Assembly: GCF_009914755.1 (NCBI RefSeq)
Contig: NC_060937.1
Direction: 5' to 3' (one strand)
From: the human T2T-CHM13v2.0 reference genome, Homo sapiens
Length of the DNA stretch: 64,000 nucleotides
A program made the position numbers and the translations under genes. The notes under the pieces are model-generated. The model saw only the letters and a list, made by a program, of their open reading frames with translations, had not been told where the DNA came from and searched no databases. Each line of letters begins with the position of its first letter. Position 1 is the stretch's first letter. This document shows positions 47,901 to 64,000 of the stretch, in pieces.

Positions 47901-50143
47901 CCTTTGTTAGAGATGAAAAGTCCAGCACACTATTCATCCTGCTTCCTGGAAGAGCACATGTGTCCTGGGATGGGAACTCTGCTATGCAGATTCCCCTGTG
48001 AGAATCTAGATTCTCTCATGCTTCACCTGGCTCTGCCCTTAGGGCTCTGTGGCTGGGAACACCTTTGACTGTTTTTTTGTAGGGTAAGTAGAGATGACAT
48101 CATAGCTTCCATGTCTCAGGGGGTCAAAAATGAGTTCCATCTATACCAACACATTTTCCAGAAATGACATATTTGGTGATTCAATGCAATTTTGGTCTTG
48201 CTTATCAGCAGGAAATTTACTTTATTGAGAATTCATGAAAATTGATTATATTTTTAAACGCACAGACGGAAATCTTTTCCTAAGTTACTGAGAAAGCCAC
48301 ACACGCTGGTGCATGGCTCTAAGCCCTGTGACACAATGGCAGTTGGAGTATTGGTGTTCTCCTGCTTTTTGGTGACAAAATAATGACACCCAGTGACTGC
48401 TGAGGAAGGCTGGCTGCCCTGTGGGCTCTGAACACAAGCCAGGGAGTGCTGAGGGCCCCTGTTCACCCGAGGACAGGAGAATGACACATCTCTCAAGGTC
48501 TGGGTGTCTCCATCTTCATCCTACATCCCTTTTCCTGCCCCAACAGAACCATCAATCCCTGTGAGCTGTGGATCTGTCTCCCTGTCCCCTGAACAAGAAC
48601 TTTATCTTTCCAGTTCTCTGGCCTTTTCTCCAACATCATCCCTCCATCTCTAAAGTATTAATCCCACCCCACCGGCATGCACATTGACTGTAGTATATCC
48701 CGTCTAGCATGTTCCAGATGAAAACAAAAACAGAGCTTTCCCTCAACCCCATCTCTTCTTTTAGCTACTGTTCATTTCTCTGCTTCCCTTCATAAACAGC
48801 CAATGTTTACTAAGCCCTTAGCTTTTCATAAATTAACACAGTTAATTTTCACAACCTGTGAAGTTATTACCGCCAATCAAAGAGGGGGATCTAAAACTCA
48901 GTGTGGTTAAGCAACATGCCCAGGGTTGCCCAGCTCGGGACTGGTGGTGTCTAGGATTTGAACCCAGGCAGTCTGGCTTCTCTTATTAGAACTACCTCCT
49001 TCCCAGCTAAAATTCCTTCAAGAGTCAGTTTATACATGGTATTCTGAATTCCTAACTTCTTGTTTACAGTTTTTAAACATTAAAATTTACTTTTATTAAA
49101 CAAATGTATGCATATACTTAAATGATTACTTACAGGCATATAAAGAAACAACAGTAGTTCCTTGACCTACCCCGCCCCATCCCTACTCTTATTCCTCATT
49201 GGCAGTCAATTTCAATCTGGTTAACTATTTCTTCTTATGTGATTTTTAAATAATTTGCTTCTACTGCTCCTCTTCATTCATGAATTTTAGACGTTATTGA
49301 CTTCTGTTTTGGAAGCTGAGGATTTGGCTATCCTATAACTCTGTCTCACTGGCCCTCCATCCATCATGTCAATATAATTATATTACAGATTTCTTGTTAA
49401 ATTCAATTGCTAGTGTATATATTATGATATGACATACTGTGATTACATGAGTACGTAAATGTTTGCTGCTGAGCCAAATTGTATTTCATTATTTCCTTTG
49501 CTTGTTGTTTTCTCTTATTTTTACCAGAATTAATTGTTTTTCTCTACGTGTTTACTTTTCTACATGCCTGTCACTATTTTTTTCCATACTTTGTTGTACA
49601 CTTACCAAAATTTTTTCCAAACACAATGACAGAATAGAACAGAGAAAAGAGAGGAGAGAAAAATATTAAAGGAGTAATGCAGGAAAAAATTCTCAGAGTT
49701 TCTAGATTGAAAGGGCCCCTGAATGCCTGACATAACGAATGACAAAAGACTGTCACTAATGCATGTAAGTGTGGAATTTCAGAATGTCAGGAATAAAGAG
49801 ATCTTAAGTGTTTCCAGGGGGTTGACATAAAAAAGATCAGAAATTAAAATGTCATCTGTCTTCTACATAGAAATCCTGGATGCTAGAAGACATTTGGAAA
49901 AATGTGTTGAAGGGAAGTGATTTCCAACCTAAAATTCTATATCCAGCCAAACTATCAAGCAAGTCTAATGAAGAAAAAAAGACATTTCCAGATTGACAAG
50001 AATATACTTTCAAAAGTTCCTCCAACACACCCTTTCTTAGGAAGCTACTGGATAGTTGGATCGAGCCTTAAATTATCTTACCTTTTCTCTCCTAGCTTCT
50101 TTCTCTTTGTATTTTTGTTCTGTTTATTTGAAAACTTCTATAC

Positions 50144-50487
<344 letters not shown>

Positions 50488-51554
50488 TAAATTTTATTAC
50501 AGGTCTCATATTTTTAATTTCTAAGCTCTCTTTCTTCCTCCCTCCAATTATTTTTTAAAAACAGCATTCTGCTCTTATTTTATAATGCAGTAATTCTCAT
50601 GAATTTTAAGATATTTATGATATAATTAACTTTCAGCATTTTCATCTGTTTCTTGCATTGTTTCCATTTTTCTCTGAGTGTCTTAATGGTCTAATGAAAA
50701 TTTGATTGTCCATATTTGCAAGGGAGCAGAGGCTGATTCATTATAAAGCTAATAAAACTCAAGTTTCACTTTTGTGGACTCTTCTTTTTCTTAAAGTGGG
50801 TGCACACAAAATATTAAACTCCAAGGCTCAAAAACCTACAAAGGAGGTATCAAATATAATTAAAAACTGTGTACAAAGAAGGGACTTGTTAGCTGGTACT
50901 TGACTTAGGTGATTAGAGGATGAGCTATCTTTCTTGGGGGAAATCCCTAAATGCCATTATTTGTGGATCAGTCTCTCCAGAGAGGTAATTCTGACTGCTG
51001 GCATTCTGAGAGCAGGAGTGGAGAAGCAAGGGGTTGGGATCTTCCTGGCTGGTGTGCAGACTTTCACTGACCCCTCTTTTTTTCAATCAAGCATCTCACT
51101 CCACTCACCTTTTACCATGCCTGGTGTCCCTCAGTCCAGAGCTTCTTTGGTTCAGTTTTGCAGAGAATAAACTTCTAGTTAGGAAGGAATAGTCATATGA
51201 CTATGCAGGGTTATGAAGGTGATCCGGGAAGCCACTTGGTATTCAAGCTTTCAGCCAAGCCTCTGTGTTCAGCCCTGAGCCTTGCTCCCTGCCTTCCACT
51301 GTACCTGTTACCTTTGAGCCTGCAAGTGTTCTGTAGTGTGGGTTACCTAGTTCACTTCTTTGCTATTATTCCCTGCTGCAGTCATCTAGGCTTCAGCTTC
51401 CTCTACTTTGCTCAATCAGTTGCTACATCTACATTTGCTTTCCATTTTCTAAAAAATGTGTTAACATTTCTAATCTACGATCATTTTGCTGGAGTTTGGG
51501 GACAGAGGAGTCCTAACTGCAGGGATACAATCCACTGAGTTTAATGGGAAGCTT

Positions 51555-52560
51555 GCCCTTTGACTTTTCAACCCCTTCCAACCTGGTGTCTGCCCCCACC
51601 ATTCACTGAACTGCTCCTTTCAAGGTCTGCAATGACCTTCAATGGAGATTTTTCCATTTGTGTCTTACCCAACTTTTGAGCATCATTTAACTGTGGATTC
51701 TGCTCTCTCTCTCAGACCACTGTTCTTGCATTTCTGTGTTGCCACACATTCCTAGTTTCCTCCTACTTTTTTGACTCCTTCTCTCTGGTGATTTTTCTGT
51801 TTGGCCTCTAACTGTTAGAGTTTCTGATTCCTTTAAAGAACAACTATCCTGAGAACCTCCACATTTGTATCTCTTCCCAAACCTCTCCTTAGACCCTCAG
51901 TTTCCTATATTGGGTGCTGAGTGAAAGCCTCATGAGCATTCCAACTCATCTCCTTCCCCCGGCAGCCGATCTTCCTGCATTATCCATAGGTTCCCTCCAA
52001 TTGTTTCACCACCTGGCAGCTAGAGGAGCTTTCCCAGTGAGCTTTTCCAGTTTTGTGTCCTCTAACCCACTGTCCATAAGACAGCCATCATGAGTCTCCA
52101 GATGTGCAAACTGATGTCACTTTATGGATTAAAACCCTTCAGTGAATTTTCATTGTCCTCAGGATAAAAGCTAAATGCCTTACATGAGTCCTGTACAATC
52201 TGGTCCTGGCCGCCATGCTGCCTCCTCTCTTGTCAGCCCCCACCCTCATGACCTTGCCAGCCGTCCCGACTAACAGCCTCCGCATACCTCCATGCCTCGT
52301 GGCCTTGTGCTGGTGGCACACATTGCTTCCTCCCTGTGGAGCAGGTCTCCCTTCCTTCTCAGCCTCTGTCTACCCATAATTTAAGTCTGGTTGTACGCCT
52401 CGCCTCTCTTCTGGAAGCCTTCTTTGATCCTCCACCTTTGGGTTATTGGCCTTCCCATGTGTTTTAACAGCCCTGGTTCTTACTTCTTTTGTAGGACTTA
52501 TGATATTGTAATAATCTAAGCTTCTGAAGAACAAGGGCCATGTCTTAGCTTTTTATCCTC
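51555..52560. mobile_element. L2 LINE fragment
   Basis: cactgaactgctcctttcaagg...aatgacct; taaaacccttcagtg...ctggaagccttctttga. Confidence 0.6.
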
Positions 52561-52711
52561 ATTATGGAATTAAGGTAAACGACTGAGGAGCACTGAAATG
52601 TGCTGCTTTTCACAGTCAGGCTTAGAGAACGTGGCTTTGATGAATCAGAGCAGCTGATAGACAGCGGAGCTAGTTCCCACTTGACTATAGGTTATGTGTC
52701 AATGGTCCTAA

Positions 52712-53032
<321 letters not shown>

Positions 53033-53644
53033 CTGGTCCTAATAGTTTTGAATGGTCCTTGCTGAAGACTTACTTTTGGTTTGGGCCTTTCTGCAGATGC
53101 CATACCTAATCTTAAATGGGCCAGTTTCTTTCTTTGGGCTAAACCATTCCAGTTTTACTCCAGTGGAAAAGAAACCCAGGGAGCTGAGCTCCTGAGGAAC
53201 AGGAACCCTGGGGGGAGGCGTCATTGGGTCAGGTTAGCTCTAACTCATGGTTATTATTTTTGTCCATACTTTAGCACAAATACGGGGGTTTTAGGTGTCG
53301 CTTAGGTCCCTTTTTATCAGGAACCTGTCTTCCAAATAACGCATGAAGCTCATTAACACAACATTTTATAAAGACAACAAAAGCCTCAATTTTAAAGAAC
53401 TAAGCCCATGCTATGGAATGAACAATATATAGTTTACTAGGAGTTACCTTAAGCATAGCTTGATCACATAGGCAGTCACTAGAGTGTACTTCAGATATTA
53501 ATTGCTAATCCATAGCAGTTATGTTTCCAGGTTTTTTGGTGTGTGCGTTCACTCATTAACTTAGTAAATACTTAATGAGTTCTATCACTGTGATAAGTAC
53601 TGAGGATCAATGAAGAGTGAGACTCTTTGTAGTCTGCAAAACTT

Positions 53645-53743
53645 TTCCCAGGTGATTCTGATGTCTTATTTCCATGTGAGATCTACAGTCCCAAGTGTTA
53701 TGGTTGTAAGGCTCACCACATTCCCTGTTCATTCTATAGATAT
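53645..53743 (+). repeat. Local ~100-bp direct repeat, copy 1 (copy 2 at 54211-54313)
   Basis: ttcccaggtgattctgatgtc..atttcca.gtgagatc.acagt.ccaa.tgttatggttg.aag.ct.accacattccct is shared by both copies. Confidence 0.85.
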
Positions 53744-54210
53744 TTAAGTCTAGGTCCTGGCTTTTGCCTTTTCTGGGTCTTCATCTCCAATGATTCCACC
53801 TCTATGCCGGTCCATCATTGTTCATGTGGAACGGACGTTCCAGACTCTTCACAGCCTGGCCCCAGCTTGCCTCTCCTATTTCACCCTCAGCTCCTCCTCC
53901 CTGCCCTGCATGCCCCACCCTTCTGTGAGCCAGGCCAAGTTTCACAAACACACTATGCAGTTTTTGCTTCTGTACTGACCCGTTGTCAAAGCTCCTTACT
54001 GTGACTGCCTTTTCGTCCTTGTCATCCTCCTCTTCCTCCAACACAGCCCCTCATACTCTCTCTGGGCTCCTGTAGCACCCTATTCAAAGCTCTGAGTCGT
54101 ATTTCTTAAGCACATGGGCGGTTTGTTTTCACAATCTAAGTGCCTGGGGCTCACTTCTGGAGGTTCTCAATGTCTGGAATGAGGGTCAGCAGATGTATTC
54201 TGAGAGACCC

Positions 54211-54313
54211 TTCCCAGGTGATTCTGATGTCATATTTCCACGTGAGATCCACAGTTCCAAATGTTATGGTTGCAAGACTTACCACATTCCCTACCTGTTT
54301 GTTCTGTAGATAT
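54211..54313 (+). repeat. Local ~100-bp direct repeat, copy 2
   Basis: Diverged copy of 53645-53743. Confidence 0.85.
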
Positions 54314-54512
54314 CTTTGTATTCACGCTAATTGTCTTAAGGTAGAACAATGACTTAATTATGTATAACCTTGGCAAATAGCACAGAACTGATATAGGAAC
54401 TGAAAACATTTACTATTGAATGGTAGCTCTAGGGAAGAGATATAGATAAAAGCATCAAGTATTTCAGTGGAAATTTGTTTTTGCTTATAAAGCTCCTAGT
54501 GAAAAAGTCAAG

Positions 54513-54899
54513 TGTCTTAGTCTGTTTTGTACAGCTTTGACAAAATATGTGAGACTGGGTAATCTATGATGAAATAAATTTATTTGTTTCATGATTCTGG
54601 AGGCTGGGAAGCCAAGAGCATAGTACTGGCACCTTGCAAGAGCCTTCTTGCAGCATCATCCCCTGATGGAAAATGGAAGGACAAGAGCGTGAAAGTGAGA
54701 GAGAGAAAGGAAGCCAAACTCACCTTTTTGTCAGGAACCCACTCTTGCAATAATTAGCCCACTCCCACAATAACAGCATTAATCCACTCATGAGGGCAGA
54801 GTGCCCATGACCCAAACACCTCCCATTAGGCCCCACCTCCCAACACTGTTGCATTAGGGATTAAGTTTGCTTTTGCGGGGACACATTCAAATCATAGCA
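54513..54899 (-). mobile_element. MST-type MaLR solo LTR
   Basis: tgtcttagtctgtttt...ggccccacctcccaacactgttgcatt...cacattcaaatcatagca. Confidence 0.85.
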
Positions 54900-55684
54900 C
54901 TAAGTTATAGATGGAAGTTACAGGAACAGTACCAGATGGTTTTCCAAAATATCTTAAGGGGTGCCCTGATTTTGAGCCCCACAAGTTCCTCCCCTCTATA
55001 ACCTGTCTTCTGTATGGGCAGTTTATGAGGTCATTACGAGGGCTATTGAATACCCATGCCCTCTCCTCCTGAGTTATCTAAAGTAAGAGGCAACATGTAC
55101 TGGAATCCTCTCCTCCTCTGCTGGTCTAGACAGAAATCATTTTTAAAAAATCAATATAAAAATGCTCTCAGGTGCCAGTAGATGCAATTATGTATCCTTT
55201 GATATAAAACGTATACCAGTAGGTACCATTATAAATCGTTTGATACATAATATATATTAGGATTTATTTTGAAAAGATCTATTGGAAAACTAATTTGGAA
55301 GAGAGTTGAGTTCAGTGTCAATAGTAATTTGCACTGTTTGGACATTGCTCATGAAACTCATATTTTTGACATCTTTGTCTTTCTGAATAAAGATGGTGTT
55401 ACATGATATGCCTCTGAACTAAGGCTTTGTAGCAAGAATCAGGAATGAACTCATTCTAAGTGAGATGGATTGTGACTCTTGCCTCTGTAATCTGATAATG
55501 TTTGTAACACTGGCTTCAGTGCTTCATAGATATTGAATGAATATGTTTTAGCAGAGATATTTCAAAGAAATAACAGTGGTGCTATCCACTAATGCAGTGA
55601 TGCCTAACCCTCCATCAGTAAGGGATAAGCTTCGAGTGTTTTTTTTTTCCAGGTAATAGGGATGATATACAGCACCCCATCTAA

Positions 55685-55830
55685 GCCTGCCAGATTAAGC
55701 AAATAAAACTATGGGATGCCCAGTTAAATTTGAATAATGATATGCAGTAGATAGCAAGTATTTACACTAAAAAAGTCATTATCTGAAATTCAAATTTAAC
55801 TGGGCATCCCATGTTTTATATGGCGACCCT
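55685..55830. mobile_element. MER53 palindromic hAT MITE
   Basis: Perfect 25-bp inverted repeat at 55711-55735 / 55788-55812 (atgggatgcccagttaaatttgaat); tggcgaccct terminus. Confidence 0.85.
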
Positions 55831-56076
55831 GGCCCTATCCAAAATCTCTCTGACACCCACCTCTGCCCCAGGGACCAGACAGACCCAGTGGAGTGATCAG
55901 TGTCTTCTGTGCCCACTGAGCAGACTCATGACATAAAAATATATTCACTAGAGACCACTTCTGATCATTTGAGTATATACTTCCTGTGACTGACAAAGCA
56001 GAAAATTATTTCTCCATTGAAGTGTTCATACAGGGCACATTGACCATACCTCTAAACACAGCAAGAGTGGGTTTAG

Positions 56077-56648
<572 letters not shown>

Positions 56649-57945
56649 AGCTGCAGTTTCTAAAACAACCTCATAGATCTTAACCCCTGGCTCCAAAACT
56701 TCTCAACACAGAGGGCGCTGGCAGCCCGTTTTGGTAATAGTCATGGAGAAAGCCAGAGATCCTGGCATGAAATCAGAACCTTGTCGCTGCAGCTCCCAAC
56801 CTGTAACCCAGGGAGCCAGTACATTGCAGAAGATGACTGACTGCTTAGGCCAAGAAATGAGTATCATCCCTGCTGGGGAGGGGCAGTGGTTGGGATTAGG
56901 GGATGCTTCCTTCTCCTAAAAAATGAGAGGGAAGGATGCAGTTGCTGTCAAGTGACAGAAAGCAATGGGGTGGGAATCCAGTTTAGTCTCAATTTTCTAT
57001 TGGAAGTGTATCCACATGTGCATCCCCTGAAAGTTTTTAAAAATTCCGTGACCAAGCCACCTCCAAGCTACTAGTTAAACAGAAAACTTGGTGTCAGTCT
57101 GAGACATGGTTCATTCCTGGCATGGGGTTGGGATCAAGTAGCACTTGAGACAATAATCACAGAATTGATGCTTAGCACCTTGGGGTTAGAAGGTGGCCTA
57201 GAAATTACCTCATCCAGAGCCTCATATGTGTGACTCTTCCTGACTCCATCCTTGCCAAGGGGTGACAGTGCCCCTGCGTATCCACTTCAGGGTAGCCCCA
57301 TCCCCCTTCGTTGTCCGATGCTCCAACTGTGTAGAAGTTGTAGCAGCTGTAATATTCCTTGCTAAACTTCTAGCCACTGGTTCCACTTCTTCCCATGGAT
57401 GTTAGTTAGTATAAATCTATGACTCTACAAAAACCTTGTCATATGCCTTCTAAGTCTTCTCTTTTCCAGTTAAAGCATTTCCAGGCCCTACAAACACTCT
57501 TCTCAGGGTGCAGTGTCAAATCCTCTCACCAGTTTGGTTCCTCCATTTGGCCAATGACCCCTTAAAGGGGATCCCTGGAGCTGGAAGGTGTTCTTAAGGT
57601 TTAAAAGGATTGGGTAGGTTGTGAAAATTTGGTTTTTACATCGTGATTCTATTATTTTTTTCATGATAGTTTCTGGAATATTAGAACTCACATTAAATGA
57701 GCAATATTCATAATCAAATATAAGTGATTTGGGTGTTGCCTGCACCTCAGACCCCCATTAGTCCAAATGGACAATGAGCGATGACTGTAAACACCATCGT
57801 TCTTCTAAAATCCTCATCCGAAGATGCCTAGGTCCCTGGAAGGAAGTCCCTTACTGTGCCATCCCAAATGTGCACAGGAGATGTCCTGAAAGAAGAAGCT
57901 TCTATGAGGACCTTTGTTTATTAAGTAGGCAGTGAATATCACCAT

Positions 57946-58463
57946 CATAGTGGCCAAGGGCAAACTTCCTCTTTACCCTCTGAAGGTTTGCTGAAAAATT
58001 GACTGACAAAAAGCAGATTAAAAGGAGAAAAGGCATATACATTTATTAACATGCATGGGAGTCAAGCAAAATATAAGAACTCAAAGAAATTATGGGAGGG
58101 TTGATGCTTTTATATCATCTTGAGGTTATAGAAAGAGCTGGCTAAACAGGTTATGGGAGGGGGAGAAGAGGAGACCTGGCTAGCAAAGTTGGTCTTGTTC
58201 AGTGGTAGCAGCCCCCAGAGAGAATGATGGTAAAGGTTTCTTTTAGACCTATGAAGTCCGATCGTAGTTAATCTTTCTTAGATCCAGACAAGGGAAGGCC
58301 TTGGAAAGCCAGGCTTCATCAGTGCAGATTCCCTGTGGATGCGGGTCACCCCACTCTCAAAGACAACTTTGCAGGACTACTTCTGTCTGCAGGCCTTCTC
58401 AACAGCCATCTCAACGTATATCAAAGACGTGTAATTTGGGGTGAAATATTTCAGTTTCCTTCA
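57946..58463 (-). mobile_element. ERV1 solo LTR (MER34/MER39/LTR29-like group)
   Basis: Minus strand begins tgaaggaaactgaaatatttcaccccaaa...gagatggctgtt...gcctgcagacagaagtag; exact subfamily not determined. Confidence 0.7.
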
Positions 58464-58679
58464 CTATCATAACACACTGACCTGCATAAGAGTCAAGTTC
58501 AGGGAAAACTTCTCTTCTGAAAGTGATGGTCAAACTCACCCTTCTGGTCATTCTCCGATCACTGCCACTTCCAGCAGCAACAGGCTGGAAGTCCCTGCAG
58601 CTCTGCTCAGCCCTGGTCATTGGAAGAATTTGTTTAATACAGAGCCTTAATGTCCAGCATCATGAAGGATGCTGCCTAA

Positions 58680-59039
<360 letters not shown>

Positions 59040-60063
59040 TGAATGCCCACAAAAATGAAAACATTGCCTCAAAAAAAAAAAAAAACTCATAGTGTTGTGC
59101 AAACCTCAATCCACTGAAAAGACATTTTCCTTTAAGGAGGCCCAGTGACTATATCCCCACTTATTAAAAAAGAGACATACAGCTTTTCACTCATTTCTGT
59201 TCTCATTTTGCCTGTGGCTGAATTGCTCCAGGATGATTCCTCTTTTTCTTAGAGCTAATTGATTTCTCCTTTGGGTGTTTGTACAGTCACGTTGTTTTGC
59301 TGTATTTTGTCTAATCTTTATTTTCTGTTTGCTGGTACATTTTTGTGATAAGCTTTTTAAGGTACAGGAAAATCTCTATATATCACTCTCTGAAGGAGAG
59401 CAAATGCCATTGATGTGGCTTCACTCCACATGACAAAAGACTTATCCTAGTTTGCAGCCAAGTGACTGGAATTGATTTGGGGGCATCTTAGGGGCAACAG
59501 GTCAGTCTGAGAGTGTATAAAATGTGAACTCAGAGAATAAGAGCGCTTGAGGAGAGGAAACTGAGCTCTTCCTGCAGCTGCCTCTCAGCATCCTACGTGA
59601 GGGATCACACACCCCCTATTCCCCCTCATTTGTGAGTACATCACCCAGTGCAGATGTAAAAATTTATATAAAATATATTCATATGCCAACTAAACTAATG
59701 TATCACATACATTTATAAAACATACAAACTGTTACAGAAGGAAGTAAAAAATATCAATAAAAGTCTAATATTTATTCCTGTACCCAGCTGATCATTTTCT
59801 GTACCCCATTTTGTGCTCTAGGCTATTTGGGGGCTACTAACTTATTGTGTGCCCTGTGATGAGGTTGGGACTTCCACTGGCCATGTGGGATCCCTCCAAG
59901 GGCTCTCTGTCTCTTGTCTGACTCTCTTGGGCCTCCAGGTGCTGTCCCCAGCCACAATCAGAAGAGCTTGCACCTCTGAAATCCTCGCTGAAACCCTCGT
60001 TTTGGGGATCTCCTGCCCTAAGAAAGACTGAAAACCTACTGTAGTCAAGGCTGACAGGGAAGG

Positions 60064-60067
60064 GTGT

Positions 60068-60100
<33 letters not shown>
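60064..60100. repeat. (TG)n microsatellite
   Basis: Seen directly. Confidence 0.95.
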
Positions 60101-62399
60101 CTGGGAGAAAGGAAGTATTTTCCACTCTCACACATTGAGGGCTGAGAGCCTAAAGACCCTTCTAAGAACTTGAATGCTGGGTTTCAGGGAGGTACAAGAA
60201 GCAGGTGTTTCCCTCCTACTGAGACAGGAGTATACATTTTCTGTTGAGATAAAGGAACATGGAGTGAGTATGATGCCTCCCTGCTCTCCACAGATGCCTC
60301 TGGGCCAGTCTGGCACTTCAGAAGAAAACCAAGAGGCTCCTAAGGCTCTGCTGGCTCAATCTTCCCAGAGTTCCCAGCCAAAGCTCTGCAGCAAGCTCAA
60401 GTCAGCCTGCCTGTTCTTGCTTTCAATTTTGTATATAAAATTATCCTCTGCATTTTACAAGGAGCTCTTTTTACCTTTAGGATCCACATCTGTTGGACCC
60501 TGTAGAAAGAGGATTTTTGTCTTCCCTAAGCAGATGCTCCCATCTGCCCAGGGACTTGCAATGCAGATTCAGCTGTCATTTCTCTGCCTTCATGGAAACC
60601 ATGGTGTCTGCAGGCACCGCTGTCTCTTACTGTGTGTCAGGTGCAATCCAACCTTAGTGGCGCCCCTGAGGGTGAACTAGGGACTCCTCAAAGTGCTCTG
60701 GCAGCCTCAGATCTACATTCTCCAAGATACTGGGGTAAGCTGATCTTTCAGGTAAACACTCTGTCCACCTAATGGGGTTTTCCTCCCCAGACAGGTGAGG
60801 TAGACCTGTTAGCTAACAAGGTAACTTAGAATAAGCTAGGGTTTTGTTTCTTCTTAGCTCTTCTGCTTTCCTGGTTCCCTCAGGGCAGCACCAGGGGCAG
60901 GTGCCTGAAGGCTCATGCCCCAGAGCTTTCCTCTTTGGGGCTGCCTTGGGCTGATGCAGGATCTGCTTCCCATGGATTTTCACTCCTCTTTCCAAGCTCT
61001 GCTGTAGAATGGCCCACTCATCAATGCCAGCTTTATTAGAAGCTGAAAAACAAATGGAAGTTTCCCTCTGAATTCTTGTGCCCAAAACCTCTTGTCATTT
61101 TCTTGTGTCAGGCATGGCACTGATGCTTTTCAGCTGGTGAATATCACAGCAGAGCTTTTGTGGCTGAGTACATATGCAGATAATTTAAGAACCTGGCAGA
61201 TGTGTTAGGCAGAATTATTATCAACTCAGCTTAAATTATTTTACAGGATTATCTCTCATAGGTTGTAGTCTCTGATGGAATAGAAGCCTAGAACAGGTAC
61301 ATTTTAAAAGAGAGAGAGAAAGAGATACAGAGAGAGAGAAAGGGAAAAGGCCAGGCTTGTTCTTAAGTAATGGGCCAAGTTGGGTGGGAGGTGAGGGTGT
61401 GGGAGAGAGACGGTGCGTGTTGGAGGGTGAAATACAGAGAAGAGAAAACTCCAATATGACAAAAACTAACGCTGTGAAAGCATAAAGGAGAGAGAGCTGA
61501 AGGCAAACCTTTCATTTCCACTAACTCCGTATGTCACCACTATTTGGTATTCAGTTTATTTATAACTTGAGGAGGTTGAACTAGTTATCTTTAGTGACTA
61601 TTCTACTTTCAAATTGTTTTAATCTCTGAGTCTGCTTCAGACCACTCAAAAGCTTACTCATTGGGCAACTGTTTCCTATTGGTAAAGACTGTGTCATCAG
61701 TCCACTTTTCCCCTAGTTGAAAGGTAAAATGATCTGATACCCAGTTTTCTGTGAATTTGTTCAGCTATGGCTCCCTTCCCATCTCTTCCTCCAACTGAAA
61801 CTCCCACAAATGGCCATGTAAAAGGCATTTCTTCCTAGCCTGTGATTCAATATTAAGAATCAATGTATTTACTCAAGAAATGCTCAGTTGATACAAAGAT
61901 AAATAAGGAATCCTTCTTCTCAGGGAACTCATTATCTGGTATGGGAGATAGACACATAGTTAAAATGTCACCAGTTCTGTAATCAAAGTAATCTTCGGGT
62001 ACAGTAGCAGTCTGTGAGGGGTACTCCCAACCCTATGGATGGACAGGAGATGAGGAAAGCCTGCCTGGAGGAGGGGTCCTATAAGTCTTAAAGATGAATC
62101 TGTGCAGTAAGGAGAAGCAGGACCATTCCTGGCAGAAGCAACAGTGTAAACAAAATCACGAGGAAATGAATTTGCATTTATACATAATAAAGATTGGTAT
62201 CATTTGACTTACAACTGGTAGCCTTTTTGAACACTCAAATTGACATTAAAATTTTACACACTCATCGTTTTTACTAATTCATGCAAAACTTGGTGAACCA
62301 TGTATGTATACCTCTGGTATCAGAAGAAAGGATTTTTTTCTTATTTTAATATAAATTCTTTGCTATAAATTCTTTGGTAATAGACAATGCTTAAAATGC

Positions 62400-63425
<1,026 letters not shown>

Positions 63426-63753
63426 TACTGGAGACAAGGTATGGAGTAGGGTAGGGATGCTTCAAAATTAAACATGAAATCACAAAAACAAATAAATGAA
63501 GACATAATTGGAGAGAAAACAGGAATAAACACACACACTCATGCACACACACAAACGCACACACAGACATCCCTGATCTATGGGCCTCCACTGGCATTTG
63601 TGACATTGAGCAGGATAACATGAACATTGAATATGAGCATGACATCACTTGCATTTTCACTCCTTTTTGGTTTTGGCTGCACAGGTGATAACTGCTGGGA
63701 GTGAATAAAGTTTTACAGCTCCACTCTGTACTATTAAAGATATACATGATTAG

Positions 63754-64000
<247 letters not shown>

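Noticed and set aside
55685-55830. miR-1302 family gene
   Set aside because: The MER53 centre here is degenerate and lacks the mature miR-1302-like sequence; kept only as a hairpin finding.
60174-60680. 168-aa ORF in TEX26 intron 6 as the final exon or a nested gene
   Set aside because: It does not match the TEX26 C-terminus as I recall it, has no recognisable motif, and has no clear phase-1 acceptor.

Overview
This is human (primate) genomic DNA, not a prokaryotic locus: it is dense in Alu, L1, L2, MIR, LTR and MER repeats and has spliced genes. Splicing the exons by hand gives two + strand genes that I recognise from their protein sequence as the 13q12.3 pair MEDAG (coding exons 2-5 plus 3'UTR, ~7.3-15.7 kb; exon 1 is upstream of the window) and TEX26 (coding exons 1-6, 22.6-59.0 kb; the last exon is beyond the window). 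All ten exons have canonical splice sites and consistent reading-frame phases. Almost all other ORFs in the six-frame track come from repeats or low-complexity sequence. I found no evidence of a wholly new biological system. The best leads are: (1) MEDAG exons 3+4 total 399 nt, are phase-symmetric, and are bracketed by inverted Alus, so a back-spliced circle would carry a stop-free endless ORF; (2) TEX26 has one Mn-like microtubule-binding motif per exon and an RFX X-box/half-CRE promoter; (3) a twin-primed L1 sits inside a fossil hAT/Charlie transposase; (4) there are two unexplained short local duplications. Repeat subfamily names and repeat boundaries are from visual recognition and are approximate.
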